64,000 bases of DNA from a virus, in IMG/VR virus record IMGVR_UViG_3300046792_000297, positions 1 to 64,000 of that record. The stretch is one strand, 5' to 3'. The notes beneath the pieces are model-generated. The model had not been told where the DNA came from, searched no databases, and saw only the letters and a list, made by a program, of their open reading frames with translations. How positions within the stretch are numbered: position 1 is the stretch's first letter; each line of letters starts with the position of its first letter. A program made the position numbers and the translations under genes. Positions 9,307 to 18,865 of this stretch are shown here, one piece after another.

Positions 9307-10146
9307 TCAGGCAGTCTTGCGCTGCCGCGCTTTCTTGGGAGCGGCGGCGGGCTCTTCGCTGGCCACCGGCTTCTTCTCGGGTTCGCCCACGCTCTTGCGG
9401 AGCGCATCGAGGATGCTGACCACGTTGCTGGCCTTGGCCGGTTCCTCCTGCGGGATCGGCTGGTTGGCGAGTTTGGCTTCCACCAGTTGGCGCACCGCCA
9501 CTTCGTAGCCGTCGATGAACTTGCCGTGGTCGAAGGCGGCGGCTCTCTTCGTGATCAGCGCCGTGGCCATGTCCACCGCATCTTCGTTGGGAGTGGGAAG
9601 TTTCAGGTCGGCGAAGTAGCCGCTGGCCTGGCGCAGTTCGTTCTGGTAGCGCAGCACGAAGGCCATCATGCCTTGTTCCACCGCCACCAGGGCCACAATG
9701 TTCTCGCGCCCACTGGTGGTGAAGGTGCCCACCGCCGCCTTGCCGGTCTTGAGCAGGGCCTCACGCACAATCGCGTAGGCTTCCAGTTGGGTGTCGTTCT
9801 CGGGCAGCACGAAGTAGGGCTTCTCGATGTACGCCGGGCAGAGTTCGTTCACGTCGATGAACTGGCTCACCGCGATGGTGTGCTTGGAGGGAAGGCGCAG
9901 GTTTTCGAGTTCCGTCGGCTCCACGATCACGTACTTGCCCTTGCTGTATTCGTAGCCCTTCACGATGTCGCCCGCATCGAGCGCCGTGTCGCCCGCCGTC
10001 TTCTGCATCCGAATGCGTTCGCCGGTCGCGCGGCTGAGTTGATTGAAGGTGATGCCGGTCTTCGACTCGGTCGCGGTATACAGCCCCACGCCGAACTGTA
10101 CCAGCGAAATCTGGACTTGCCCTTTCCAGTATGGTCTTGCTGCCAT
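9307..10146 (-). CDS. ku: Ku DNA end-binding protein
   Basis: RPYWKG.I...V.LY.A...FNQL...IVKGYEY.KG.YV...PYF; C-terminal NVVSILDALRKS. Confidence 0.95.
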   Translation of the reverse strand: MAARPYWKGQVQISLVQFGVGLYTATESKTGITFNQLSRATGERIRMQKTAGDTALDAGDIVKGYEYSKGKYVIVEPTELENLRLPSKHTIAVSQFIDVNELCPAYIEKPYFVLPENDTQLEAYAIVREALLKTGKAAVGTFTTSGRENIVALVAVEQGMMAFVLRYQNELRQASGYFADLKLPTPNEDAVDMATALITKRAAAFDHGKFIDGYEVAVRQLVEAKLANQPIPQEEPAKASNVVSILDALRKSVGEPEKKPVASEEPAAAPKKARQRKTA

Positions 10147-10171
10147 TCTTTCCCTCTCGATCACTACAAGA

Positions 10172-10202
10172 TTAGTGTATCACGCGAATCGCATTGATGC
10201 AA
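10172..10202 (-). promoter_or_regulatory. repeated early promoter, copy 6 (ku)
   Basis: TTGCAT-CAATGCGATTCGCGTGA-TACACT. Confidence 0.85.
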
Positions 10203-10209
10203 GTCAGAA

Positions 10210-10449
10210 CTACTTGACCTTGCTCACGTGCTTTCCGTTGTGCCACTTGTCGGGGTCCTGCCAGTTGGCAAAGTCGAACGACTCGTTCAGCGTGCCGATA
10301 GCGTCGTTGACTTCCTTGATTCCCTTGTCGGCCCACAAGCCGCCCACGTCGGCGATCTCGGTGCGACCGGACCTGTACTGGATGACGATCTTGCCCTCGC
10401 GGGAGGGGGTCAGGATTGTGATTGCGCCGCTGATGCGGTAGTAGATCAT
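10210..10449 (-). CDS. hypothetical protein
   Basis: AGGAG upstream. Confidence 0.65.
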   Translation of the reverse strand: MIYYRISGAITILTPSREGKIVIQYRSGRTEIADVGGLWADKGIKEVNDAIGTLNESFDFANWQDPDKWHNGKHVSKVK

Positions 10450-10457
10450 CGAAACTC

Positions 10458-11768
10458 CTATGCCGCAGCGGCTGCCGCCGCTGCCTTGGCTCTGCGAGTG
10501 GCCCACGCCTTGTGGGCCGCGTTCATCATGCCGGGCTCGATCACCGGCTTGGGAGCCGGGGCGGGCTGGCTGGCCTTGCGGGTGGCCGCTGCCTTGTAAG
10601 CGGCGGCGCTGGCGGCTTCCTTGACCGTGGGCCGAATGTTTACGTTGACCACCGGAGCGGCAATCGCCGCTGGCTTGACGGCTTCGCCCTTGAAGCGGAG
10701 GCTCTCGTACTGGTCGGCCACGGACTTGTCGTCGCGCTCGCCCTTGTAGACCGCTTGGTAGAGCGAACCGCCGCGCTGAAGGTTCATGTACTCCACTTCC
10801 ACATAGGTGCCGGGAGTCGGGACCTTGTGATTCGGTGGGATGGTAACTTTGCCGACCTCGATCCAGTCGCTGCCGTTCAAGACGGCCACGAACACGCTGG
10901 ACTTCTCGCCGTTCTGCTTGACCACCACACAGGTGGCCGAGCCCAGGAACTTGAACTTGAGCGCGTTGCCGCCCACGTTGGGCCGACCGGGAGTGTACTT
11001 GGCGGACAGCTTCTTGAACACCACGCCCTCGCCCCGCGCCGCCGTGACCTGATCGAACAGGGCCACCTTCTGCCTGACCGTGTTGGCCTTGGCCACGCGA
11101 CCGAGGTAGGGCGACTTCAGCGTGTCGAGCAAGGCTTCGAGCACCGCCAGCCGCTTGTCCAGCGCCCAGCCGGTAAGGTCGATGCCGTCGTAACGCAGGA
11201 TGTCGAACGGCCAGTAGACGTCGCCGACCAGTTCCCCGTCCAGCATAAAGTCCGCTTCCCGCTTGGTCTTCAAGCCCAGAATCATGCTGGCCAGTTCGTC
11301 GCTCACCGGCACCACCAGCCCGCTGCGGTTGCCGCCCGTAACCAGAGCGCCTCGGCGGGTGATCGTGCGGCGATGACCGTCGATCTTCTCTTCCATTTGC
11401 CAGTCGTCGTTCTGCATCAGGGCCATCAGGCGGGTTTCGTCGATGGCGTTGAGCAGCATGAGCGCCGGGCCATTGGCCGCCGGTTCGGCGGCTGCCGGTG
11501 CGACCGGAGCAGCGGCGGGAGCAGGAGGGGCCTGGGGAACCTCCAGCGCGTAGCCCTTGGCCAGTTTCTCGGCCACCAGCGCCTCAAAGATACGCGTGGC
11601 GTCGGCCAGCGGCACGGCGCTGCGGGTCTTGGTGCCCGACTGAAGCGTGCCGCCCCGGCGGCCATAGAGGTAGTTCACGATGAAGCCATCCCGGTAGGCC
11701 GCCACGCTGGCGTGGTACACCTTATCCGATTTGCCTTCCGAAAACGCCAGTTTTGCAGAGAGTGCCAC
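10458..11768 (-). CDS. WGR-domain ATP-dependent DNA ligase with KAWATRR tail
   Basis: N-terminal SDKVY...YGRRG...KLAKGY; ligase motifs EKIDG, LDGELV, FDIL, EGVVFK, LKFK; OB-like region; GTG start with GGAGG. Confidence 0.9.
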   Translation of the reverse strand: MALSAKLAFSEGKSDKVYHASVAAYRDGFIVNYLYGRRGGTLQSGTKTRSAVPLADATRIFEALVAEKLAKGYALEVPQAPPAPAAAPVAPAAAEPAANGPALMLLNAIDETRLMALMQNDDWQMEEKIDGHRRTITRRGALVTGGNRSGLVVPVSDELASMILGLKTKREADFMLDGELVGDVYWPFDILRYDGIDLTGWALDKRLAVLEALLDTLKSPYLGRVAKANTVRQKVALFDQVTAARGEGVVFKKLSAKYTPGRPNVGGNALKFKFLGSATCVVVKQNGEKSSVFVAVLNGSDWIEVGKVTIPPNHKVPTPGTYVEVEYMNLQRGGSLYQAVYKGERDDKSVADQYESLRFKGEAVKPAAIAAPVVNVNIRPTVKEAASAAAYKAAATRKASQPAPAPKPVIEPGMMNAAHKAWATRRAKAAAAAAAA

Positions 11769-11799
11769 TTGTCGATCCTCCTGAATTACCACTGCAAGA

Positions 11800-11830
11800 A
11801 TAGAATAGCACTAATCCAATTGATGTACAA
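11800..11830 (-). promoter_or_regulatory. repeated early promoter, copy 7 (ligase)
   Basis: TGTACA-TCAATTGGATTAGTGC-TATTCT. Confidence 0.85.
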
Positions 11831-11831
11831 C

Positions 11832-12077
11832 TCAAATCTGCGAAGAATCGTAGAGCGCCGCGAAGCCCCGCCAACTGCGGTAGTGGGCCTCGACGGCGGC
11901 CAGGGAGTCGAACCCGTGGTAGGACTCCCGACCGTGGTTCCAGGCGCGGGCGGCGGCGTTGTTGGTGTACATTTCCCACTCCGCCCAGGCGCGGCGGGCG
12001 TGAACCAGCCGCATGGTTTGTCCGCGAACGGCCAGTGTCCACTCGTTTTCCGCCGTTCGGACGATCTGGCTTTGCAT
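11832..12077 (-). CDS. hypothetical protein (single-gene promoter cassette)
   Basis: lies between promoter copies 7 and 8; GGAGG upstream. Confidence 0.75.
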   Translation of the reverse strand: MQSQIVRTAENEWTLAVRGQTMRLVHARRAWAEWEMYTNNAAARAWNHGRESYHGFDSLAAVEAHYRSWRGFAALYDSSQI

Positions 12078-12116
12078 AGTCCCTCCTCCGGTGGTGGCCG
12101 TTCTCGCCCCACATAA

Positions 12117-12146
12117 AGAGTATAGCACAATTCAGATTGATGTACG
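12117..12146 (-). promoter_or_regulatory. repeated early promoter, copy 8
   Basis: CGTACA-TCAATCTGAATTGTGC-TATACT. Confidence 0.8.
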
Positions 12147-12172
12147 CTGAATAATGATTATTGGGACCGGAT

Positions 12173-12799
12173 TCAGACCGGATTGGGACCGGCTTGGTCC
12201 TCCAGGCGGGCCAGAATCTTGCGCACGGTTTCCGGGTAAGGTTTGGAGCGGCGCTGCCAGTCGGGCGCGACGCGGTAGGATTGGTCGTCGATCCGGGCGT
12301 AGCGCACCGCGCAGCCGTTCACGGCCAGCGTCACCCGCCCCTGGCGCAGCAGTTGCTCGGCGTGCGGCGTGGCCAGCAGGGCGGGCAGCACGATCTGCTT
12401 CTGGGGGCGCTGGGCCTGTTGGATGGTGGCATCGACCAGGTACTGCTTGACGCGCAGCACCAGGTGCCCGGCGTAGCCCGGTCGGCCCCGCAGATCGCGG
12501 TTCAGGCCGGGTATGACGCCCACGCCCCACGCGCCGGTCAGGTCGAACAGCATGGCGCGGCGCTCGGGCTCCGAAGTTGGGGGAATCTCGACGCCCTTCT
12601 CCAGCAGCTTCATCATGGCCGCGTTGTAGACCTCTAGCGATACCGAAACGGGCTCGGCGCGGTAGCCGTACTCGGCGAACACCCGCGTGAGGATGGCCGC
12701 CGCCGCGATGCAGCAGTCGGGCCGGTAGGCTTCGAGCAGCGTGGCGTAGGCGACTGGCCCCAGGCTGCGAATCAGGTCGGGCAGGTCGCGCTTTCTCAT
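12173..12799 (-). CDS. hypothetical protein, possible papain/transglutaminase-like fold
   Basis: DCCIAAA...GHLV...VDAT (Cys-His-Asp spacing). Confidence 0.55.
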   Translation of the reverse strand: MRKRDLPDLIRSLGPVAYATLLEAYRPDCCIAAAAILTRVFAEYGYRAEPVSVSLEVYNAAMMKLLEKGVEIPPTSEPERRAMLFDLTGAWGVGVIPGLNRDLRGRPGYAGHLVLRVKQYLVDATIQQAQRPQKQIVLPALLATPHAEQLLRQGRVTLAVNGCAVRYARIDDQSYRVAPDWQRRSKPYPETVRKILARLEDQAGPNPV

Positions 12800-13005
12800 T
12801 CGCACTCCTGGGGCTCGTAAGCGCCGGGCAGCACGCGGATGGGCTCCAGGCCGTTGGCGAGGCGCTGGGGGTTGGCGGCCTCCACGCACGCCAGGCAGAT
12901 CGGCTCGCGGTTGCCGTTCACCCGGATGGAGGGCACGCGGTCGGGATTGAAGTTGAAAATCTGGCGGCAGTTGATACAGGGGGCCATGCAGGTCATGTAA
13001 GCCAT
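12796..13005 (-). CDS. small zinc-binding protein
   Basis: CINC...ICLAC. Confidence 0.7.
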   Translation of the reverse strand: MAYMTCMAPCINCRQIFNFNPDRVPSIRVNGNREPICLACVEAANPQRLANGLEPIRVLPGAYEPQECE

Positions 13006-13265
13006 CAAACACTCTCCTCGTGCTGACCGTCTGTCCACCGTGGATGATCGTCGCGAATGTCGTCGATGGTATAGCGACCCACGCGCACCATGAGAATTCC
13101 TTCCGCTTCCGACTCGTGCTTCTCGGGCACTTCCAAGATCGGAGCGTGGAAGCTCTCGCCGTTGCGTCGGTGCGGAATGTTGCGCTTGTCCAACTGGCGC
13201 TCGATCCACGACAGCTTCGGCTCGTTGGTTCGCTTACAAAACAAAACCCATTGAATGTCCGGCAT
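13005..13265 (-). CDS. hypothetical protein
   Basis: coupled ORF. Confidence 0.7.
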   Translation of the reverse strand: MPDIQWVLFCKRTNEPKLSWIERQLDKRNIPHRRNGESFHAPILEVPEKHESEAEGILMVRVGRYTIDDIRDDHPRWTDGQHEESV

Positions 13266-13451
13266 TCATAATCTCCCAGTCAGGTAATCATTGCGGCGGG
13301 CCAGGTAGATGTCGGCCATCGGCGCGGGCACGCCGCCCGCGATGAAGTGGGCTCGCAACTCTTCGTCGGTCGACGCTTCGTCGTTGGAGAGCACGGCGAC
13401 CATCCAGTTATGCTGCTCGCCGTTGATCTGGCCGTACTCGTGAGTGCTCAT
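13266..13451 (-). CDS. hypothetical protein
   Basis: coupled ORF MSTHEYG. Confidence 0.65.
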   Translation of the reverse strand: MSTHEYGQINGEQHNWMVAVLSNDEASTDEELRAHFIAGGVPAPMADIYLARRNDYLTGRL

Positions 13452-13807
13452 CCGCGCACCGTGCCCAGCGTGCCGGTGGTGTAGGGTTCGCAGTGGCGGA
13501 TTCTGGTTTTGCCGTTCAGCGTGGCGTTGCCCAGGTAGGCGAGGAACTTGGGTTCGTCGAACGCGCCTTGCTGGCGCAAGTCGTAAGCCGGGCCGCTCAC
13601 CGCATGGCCGGAACGGATGAGATGGTCGCACGCGGTCGCGACCGCCTGTTCCAGATTTTCCGCTTCGATGAGGAGCACGTGGGGATCGGTGTAGTGGTAG
13701 GGCACGTCCTGATAGGTCACTTTCCATTCCATTGGCAGTCTCCGTGTTTCGAGGTCGAGCAGGGCGCAGATTTCGCGCCCCAGCGGACCGTAAGCGTGAG
13801 TGTCCAT
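13448..13807 (-). CDS. hypothetical protein
   Basis: first gene after promoter copy 9. Confidence 0.75.
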   Translation of the reverse strand: MDTHAYGPLGREICALLDLETRRLPMEWKVTYQDVPYHYTDPHVLLIEAENLEQAVATACDHLIRSGHAVSGPAYDLRQQGAFDEPKFLAYLGNATLNGKTRIRHCEPYTTGTLGTVRG

Positions 13808-13821
13808 GTTCCCTCACAATG

Positions 13822-13852
13822 TTAGTGTATCACGTGAATCACATTGATGTCA
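13822..13852 (-). promoter_or_regulatory. repeated early promoter, copy 9
   Basis: TGACAT-CAATGTGATTCACGTGA-TACACT. Confidence 0.85.
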
Positions 13853-14299
13853 GGCGGGCTTCTTCTCCCACGCTTGCGGGTAGCCGTGGGTCTGGAAGAA
13901 CAGCGCCGCCTCGCTGCCCTGGAGCGCCGCGATCACCGAGTAGGGACTAACCTTGAAGGATTTGCCGGTCGCCTTTTCCTTGACCTGGAAGGGCTGCTTA
14001 CTGGCGCGGGGGTTGAGCCCGGTGAGCACGAACGGTCTGCCGCCCACGAGAATCTCTTTGAACAGGTCGCCCGCGTCCAGGCCGTAGGAATGGGCGTTGA
14101 CCTTGAAGGCTTCTGCTTCCTTGCCCACCAGCAGACCGTTGGCGGCGACCGTCTTGACTTCCAGCTTGAACGTGGCGCTGGAAGTGGTGTAAGAGCAGTT
14201 GCCCAGGTTGATGCTCAGTCCGTCGATGTGGACGGACGCGAGGGCGGCAGTGATGGCGGCCCGGAGGGTGGCGAGTTGCGGCTTGGTGATTTCAGGCAT
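13850..14299 (-). CDS. conserved phage hypothetical protein
   Basis: AAGGA upstream; GLNPRASKQP. Confidence 0.75.
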   Translation of the reverse strand: MPEITKPQLATLRAAITAALASVHIDGLSINLGNCSYTTSSATFKLEVKTVAANGLLVGKEAEAFKVNAHSYGLDAGDLFKEILVGGRPFVLTGLNPRASKQPFQVKEKATGKSFKVSPYSVIAALQGSEAALFFQTHGYPQAWEKKPA

Positions 14300-14389
14300 G
14301 GTTCCTTCTTTCTTCGCCACGCGGCGAGCAAGATCATTACGGCGTAGACCGAGACGGCGTAAACGCAGACCGCTGTGGTGACGGTGTTC

Positions 14390-14836
14390 TCAGTCATGAG
14401 TTCCAATGTGGGCCTCGCCGTGAAGCGGGCACTTGAAGGCATAGGCGCATACGCATGGCGCGGTGACAGCCAGGGGGCAGCACGCGAGGGCGTGAGGCTT
14501 GGGCTTCTCGCTGGCAATGGCTCCCAGGATCAGGTGGCACTTGGACAGGACCGTCGCGTCGGTGTCGTCGGGCCTGATCACGAAGTCGAACTCCTCGCGC
14601 CGCCCGCTCCACGGCTGGCACTCGACCTTCAGGCAGTGCCGGTGGTGGTCGTGTTGCTTCAGGTTGAAGGGCCGTCCACGCTCCGATCCCGGTTCGGTCA
14701 GCTTGGGGCTCTGGAAGTAGAGCAGTTGGTAGTAGTGCAGGAACCACTGGTCGATTGCCTTCCAGGCTTGCTCCATCGCCTCGCCGGTAGGCAGAGGGAC
14801 GGGCTTTTGTTCTTTGGCAGCGTGCTTCATTTCCAT
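14390..14836 (-). CDS. Cys/His-rich hypothetical protein
   Basis: CCPLA..PCVC...CPLHG. Confidence 0.7.
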   Translation of the reverse strand: MEMKHAAKEQKPVPLPTGEAMEQAWKAIDQWFLHYYQLLYFQSPKLTEPGSERGRPFNLKQHDHHRHCLKVECQPWSGRREEFDFVIRPDDTDATVLSKCHLILGAIASEKPKPHALACCPLAVTAPCVCAYAFKCPLHGEAHIGTHD

Positions 14837-14851
14837 CCTTTCGTTGGCGGC

Positions 14852-15445
14852 TTAGGCCGCCACCACTTCCACGTTGGTGACGGCGGTCCAGTGAACCGTT
14901 TCGGTTGCATCCTTGATGCCCACCCGCACTCCCCAGCGGCTCTCGCCGATCCAGAAGCAGGTGCCGACCGTGCCCACCGCCACCTTGCGACCGCGCACCA
15001 CCTTCAAGGTCTTGCCTTTGGCGGGACGGGCGGCTTCGCGGATGGCCAGTTCCTTGCGGTAGGCTTCCTCGGCGGCGGCCTGGTGAGCCTGCCACTTGGC
15101 CAGCACTTCGGGCGTCGCATCGACGAAGCTGCCCAGCGCGGGATAAGACCAGCCGCGCGTGGTGGCGAACATGATTTCGCGGAAGCTGTCCGTGGCCGGT
15201 TCGTACACGGTCATGTAGAAGTCCGAGTCGTCGTACCCGTTCATTTCGCGCTCGCGAACGCACAGGCCAGCGTGGGTGTGCCACGTCCAGACGGTCAAAT
15301 CCTTCTGCCAGCCGGTCGCGGCTTCGAAGTTCGTGCCGCCCTGCGCCGCACACTCGGCGCGGGCTTCGCTCTCATATTCCTCGAAGCTCTTTTTGCCCGC
15401 CCAATCGGTTTCGGCGTTGTAAGTGGAAAACCTGACGATTGCCAT
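14852..15445 (-). CDS. conserved phage hypothetical protein
   Basis: EMNGYDDSDFY...ATTRG; VVRGRKV; follows promoter copy 10. Confidence 0.8.
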   Translation of the reverse strand: MAIVRFSTYNAETDWAGKKSFEEYESEARAECAAQGGTNFEAATGWQKDLTVWTWHTHAGLCVREREMNGYDDSDFYMTVYEPATDSFREIMFATTRGWSYPALGSFVDATPEVLAKWQAHQAAAEEAYRKELAIREAARPAKGKTLKVVRGRKVAVGTVGTCFWIGESRWGVRVGIKDATETVHWTAVTNVEVVAA

Positions 15446-15466
15446 TCCGTTCCTCCCGACTACAGA

Positions 15467-15497
15467 TATAGAATAGCACGAATCAGATTGATGTCAA
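15467..15497 (-). promoter_or_regulatory. repeated early promoter, copy 10
   Basis: TTGACA-TCAATCTGATTCGTGC-TATTCT (best sigma70 match). Confidence 0.9.
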
Positions 15498-15536
15498 AGG
15501 GAATTCTGCGCCTGGAAACGGTTGCAAACGTGGGCG

Positions 15537-15959
15537 TTAGCGGAGGATGCGCCAGGCCGCCTTGACCCGGCGGCGCAGGTAGGGGCAGAGAGCCATCGGC
15601 TTGCCCAGGTGGCAGCGGTTGTCGAACATACGGTGGCCGTGGATCACCAGGTAGTGGCCGGTGATGCAGACGATGTGTTCGCCGGGCGGGGCGGCGTCGT
15701 ACCAGCGGGCCAGCGTGGGCAGCGGCGTGCGGGCGGTCGCCCCGTCCAAGCCTTGCGTGGGCGCGGGCTTGGCGAACACGATTCCGGCCAGCCGCAGCAC
15801 GGCTTCCAGTTGCACGTTGGTCACGCCGTGGATCGAGCGTTTGCCGCTCACCTTGCGCAGCAGCCCGGCGGCATGGTCGGGATCGCTGCGCAGCACGTAG
15901 GCCAGCGCCGCCGGGCCGCAATAATGATTACGCCCGTAGGGGATGGTGTACTCGCTCAT
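15537..15959 (-). CDS. papain-fold (C39-like) peptidase-like protein
   Basis: YCGPAALA...TGHYLV...FDN. Confidence 0.6.
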   Translation of the reverse strand: MSEYTIPYGRNHYCGPAALAYVLRSDPDHAAGLLRKVSGKRSIHGVTNVQLEAVLRLAGIVFAKPAPTQGLDGATARTPLPTLARWYDAAPPGEHIVCITGHYLVIHGHRMFDNRCHLGKPMALCPYLRRRVKAAWRILR

Positions 15960-16219
15960 AGCGCCAGCCATTCTTGCCAGGTCTTGCCGGTCACGATGGT
16001 GAGCGCCGCCTGTTTGCGCGACGAGTAGGCGATGGCGGTCAGGCTGTTGTAGCCGAACACTTCCTCGTCGGGCGTGCGCCAGAGGTAGGCCAGCAGGGTG
16101 TCCAGCCGGTCCCAGTTGTCGGCCAGGATGTCCACCTGTTTCATGGTATGCGGGCAGGTGGCCATGCTGTCCACGGTGGCGATGATCCGGGCGCGAAGCA
16201 TCTTGGCTTTGTTTCTCAT
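15956..16219 (-). CDS. hypothetical protein
   Basis: GGAG upstream; coupled. Confidence 0.7.
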   Translation of the reverse strand: MRNKAKMLRARIIATVDSMATCPHTMKQVDILADNWDRLDTLLAYLWRTPDEEVFGYNSLTAIAYSSRKQAALTIVTGKTWQEWLAL

Positions 16220-16227
16220 GATTCTCC

Positions 16228-17622
16228 CTATGCCGCTGTCGCGGCTCTGGCGCGGCGGGTGGCCCACGCCTTCTGTGCGCCGCTCATGCCGGGGAGCGCG
16301 GGCTGGGCCGGGTCCTCGGCGGGTGCGATGGCCTTGGCGGCATTCTTCCAGTTCTCCGCAAGACCCCAACGTTCGGCGCAAATCGGGCCGTACCCGGCTG
16401 CCGTCGAGCGGGCATCGCTCAAGGTCAAGTGGCAGAAGCAGCAGTGGCCGGTGAGGTTGCCATACTTGGCCACCACCGCGTGCGGATCGACGGCCAGTTC
16501 GGTCAGCACGCCGGTCAGCGCGGCCAGAAAGGCGGGGCGGCTTTCGGCGTCGCGGCCCGGCTTCCACTCGCCTTCCGGCGTGATGGTGCCGTAGTAGCTG
16601 CGTTGCCCATAAGCGCCGGGCGTGACCACCATGACGTTGCCGTACACCTTGGACTTCGCTCCCGCCCGGTAGAGTTTCACTTCCTGGCCCTCCACCATCA
16701 GGTTGAAGGCGGGGAACTTCAAGTTCTTGGCGGCCAGTTCGAACATCGCGATCACGGGCTGAAAGCTGCCCAGGTTGGTGGGCGTGGCGGGAGCCGCTGG
16801 CGCGGGAGCCGGTTCGCTCACCAGGCCGTCGCGGCGGTCGTAGAAGCCGGGCACCTTGCTGGCGATGATGCTCTGCGCCTTGGCGGGCAAGCTGTCCACC
16901 GCCCGACCGGTCTCCAGTTCCTTGACCATCGAACCGAAGAAGTTGGTCGCGTAGCCGTAGCTGTCGAAGTTGGCGTAAGGCATCAGGGCTTCCACCAGCC
17001 ATGCGTTGGCGGCCACGGCGGCGGCTCTGGCGGCCTCCTCGGCAGCCTTGGCGGCGGCAGCCAGGCTTTCGGCCTCGGCCCGCGCCTGGGCCAGCGCAGC
17101 GGCCTTGGCGATGGCATCGGCATCGACCGCCATCTCGCCGATGGCCAGAACGCGGAGGCGCTTCAGGGCGGCGGGCACGTCGCTGTTCACCCGCTCGATC
17201 ACGAAGCGCAGGTAATCCAACTCCGTCTTGCCGGTGCTGGCGAAGTATTCGTTGGGATGGGGGCGGCTGCCCAGCGCGGCCACCACGGTGGGATGGGCCA
17301 GGAGCGCCAGGGCTTCCTTGCGATCCTCGACCAGCTTGGCGGCGCGGGCTTCGCGGCGCTTGGCGTTCAGGGCTTTCTTCACCGTGTCGAACAACCCGGC
17401 GTCGCCGGTCTTGCGCACGCACTCGTTGCCCACCTTGAACCGCTTGCCGTTGGCGTCGCGAATCCAGCAGCACTCCACGATGGCCGTGCCGCAGTAGTCG
17501 CACGCCGCGCCCGGCTTCCTGATACCGGTGCCGGGGATGGTGAACCACTTCTCCTCGACCGCCACAAAGCGGAAGGGCGCAACGCCCAGCCCGGCTTCCT
17601 CGAACTTGTGCATCATTGCCAT
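16228..17622 (-). CDS. DUF6011 zinc-binding domain protein with KAWATRR tail
   Basis: CCFCHLTLSDARSTAAGYGPICAERWG; N-terminal CDYCG...VGNECV. Confidence 0.8.
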   Translation of the reverse strand: MAMMHKFEEAGLGVAPFRFVAVEEKWFTIPGTGIRKPGAACDYCGTAIVECCWIRDANGKRFKVGNECVRKTGDAGLFDTVKKALNAKRREARAAKLVEDRKEALALLAHPTVVAALGSRPHPNEYFASTGKTELDYLRFVIERVNSDVPAALKRLRVLAIGEMAVDADAIAKAAALAQARAEAESLAAAAKAAEEAARAAAVAANAWLVEALMPYANFDSYGYATNFFGSMVKELETGRAVDSLPAKAQSIIASKVPGFYDRRDGLVSEPAPAPAAPATPTNLGSFQPVIAMFELAAKNLKFPAFNLMVEGQEVKLYRAGAKSKVYGNVMVVTPGAYGQRSYYGTITPEGEWKPGRDAESRPAFLAALTGVLTELAVDPHAVVAKYGNLTGHCCFCHLTLSDARSTAAGYGPICAERWGLAENWKNAAKAIAPAEDPAQPALPGMSGAQKAWATRRARAATAA

Positions 17623-17798
17623 GTCAGTCTTCCTTGGCCGCGCGGGCCGCTGCTCGCATTTCGATGGTGAGCCGGACGATCTCCGCGAGGATTTCGCGCT
17701 TCGCCTTTTGTCCGGCGGCCCAAGCGAAGAACGCCCGCCCTGCCGCCGTGCTCCGTAATGTTGTCGTGGTGGCCATTTCGTTGCCTCTCAATTACAGA

Positions 17799-17829
17799 TA
17801 TAGAATAGCACAAATCTGATTACTGTAAA
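17799..17829 (-). promoter_or_regulatory. repeated early promoter, copy 11
   Basis: TTTACA-GTAATCAGATTTGTGC-TATTCT. Confidence 0.85.
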
Positions 17830-17868
17830 CATAATTCGTCACGCGATAAACGATTGAAAGCAGGTTCG

Positions 17869-18057
17869 TTAGCGGGTGATTTGGAAGCGCAGGTCGGGGC
17901 GGTAGCGTTCCTTGCCGGATTCCAGGCGGGGCGCGGCCCACTCGGCCAGTTCTTTGGCCAGCGCGTCGGACCCGAAGGGATAAGCCTGGCCGCGCCAGAC
18001 GATGCACCACTCGGTGGTGGTGCCGTTCGACAGCAGGGCGATCCGGGTGTCGCTCAT
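17869..18057 (-). CDS. hypothetical protein
   Basis: coupled ORF. Confidence 0.65.
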   Translation of the reverse strand: MSDTRIALLSNGTTTEWCIVWRGQAYPFGSDALAKELAEWAAPRLESGKERYRPDLRFQITR

Positions 18058-18236
18058 TGGCCCTCCCGTATCTCCGCGTACTCGGCTTCGCTGGTGCCCC
18101 AGGTCCTGCCGGGCTGGCTGGCCGCGTAGCGCGGGTGGGTCCAGCGGAACTGGACGCAGAAGCCGAAGCGGACTTCGCCGACCTTGACCCAGCCGCGTTC
18201 GAGCAGCCAGGCGTGCGTGGGATTGACGCGGGCCAT
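18054..18236 (-). CDS. hypothetical protein
   Basis: coupled ORF. Confidence 0.6.
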   Translation of the reverse strand: MARVNPTHAWLLERGWVKVGEVRFGFCVQFRWTHPRYAASQPGRTWGTSEAEYAEIREGQ

Positions 18237-18445
18237 CAGTATTCCTTCTCGCGCCGCCGTTCGGCGCGTTGTTCGATCAGGTAGTCGTAGTTGTCCTCTT
18301 GCCATTCCTGCCGGGTCTGAGGACCGCGCGGCGTCGCCGGGGCGTCGCCGTAAGCGCACTGGTAGCAGCGTTGCGGCCCGTGGCCGGTCGAGTAGAGGGC
18401 CGTGTCACGAGCGCCGCAATCGCTGCAAGCTGGTTGAATCGCCAT
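18236..18445 (-). CDS. small zinc-binding protein
   Basis: CSDC...CYQC. Confidence 0.65.
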   Translation of the reverse strand: MAIQPACSDCGARDTALYSTGHGPQRCYQCAYGDAPATPRGPQTRQEWQEDNYDYLIEQRAERRREKEY

Positions 18446-18459
18446 GTCGTTAACTCCGA

Positions 18460-18801
18460 TCAAAACTTTACCGTGCGCTTTTCGCCAAGGTTGCTGTAGT
18501 AGAGAGCCCCGCCTTCGGCCCCGGACTTGGCTTTGCTGGCCGGTTCGCGGGAAGCCACGATGGACCGCAACGGTCCTACGCCGCTGCGCCGCTGTGCTCC
18601 GTTAAAAGCGTTGGCCGCCGCATGGTCCTGGGTCAATTCAATTTCGACCAGACTGCTGTTTTTCGAGGGATAGGCGACCTTGGCCACGATGGCGATTTCG
18701 GTTTCGATGGCGCAATTGAAACAGTCATTGATGTTGCCGGGCTTGGTGGGAGTAAGGGTGAACTGCATCGAACAGGTCCGGCAGATTCGTGTGGGCAGCA
18801 T
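18460..18801 (-). CDS. zinc-ribbon hypothetical protein
   Basis: CRTC...CFNC; follows promoter copy 12. Confidence 0.7.
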   Translation of the reverse strand: MLPTRICRTCSMQFTLTPTKPGNINDCFNCAIETEIAIVAKVAYPSKNSSLVEIELTQDHAAANAFNGAQRRSGVGPLRSIVASREPASKAKSGAEGGALYYSNLGEKRTVKF

Positions 18802-18817
18802 GGTAACGCCTCCATGT

Positions 18818-18847
18818 TTAGAATAACACGAATCTGATTGATGTAAA
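18818..18847 (-). promoter_or_regulatory. repeated early promoter, copy 12
   Basis: TTTACA-TCAATCAGATTCGTGT-TATTCT. Confidence 0.85.
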
Positions 18848-18865
18848 CAAGAATCGACAGGAAAA

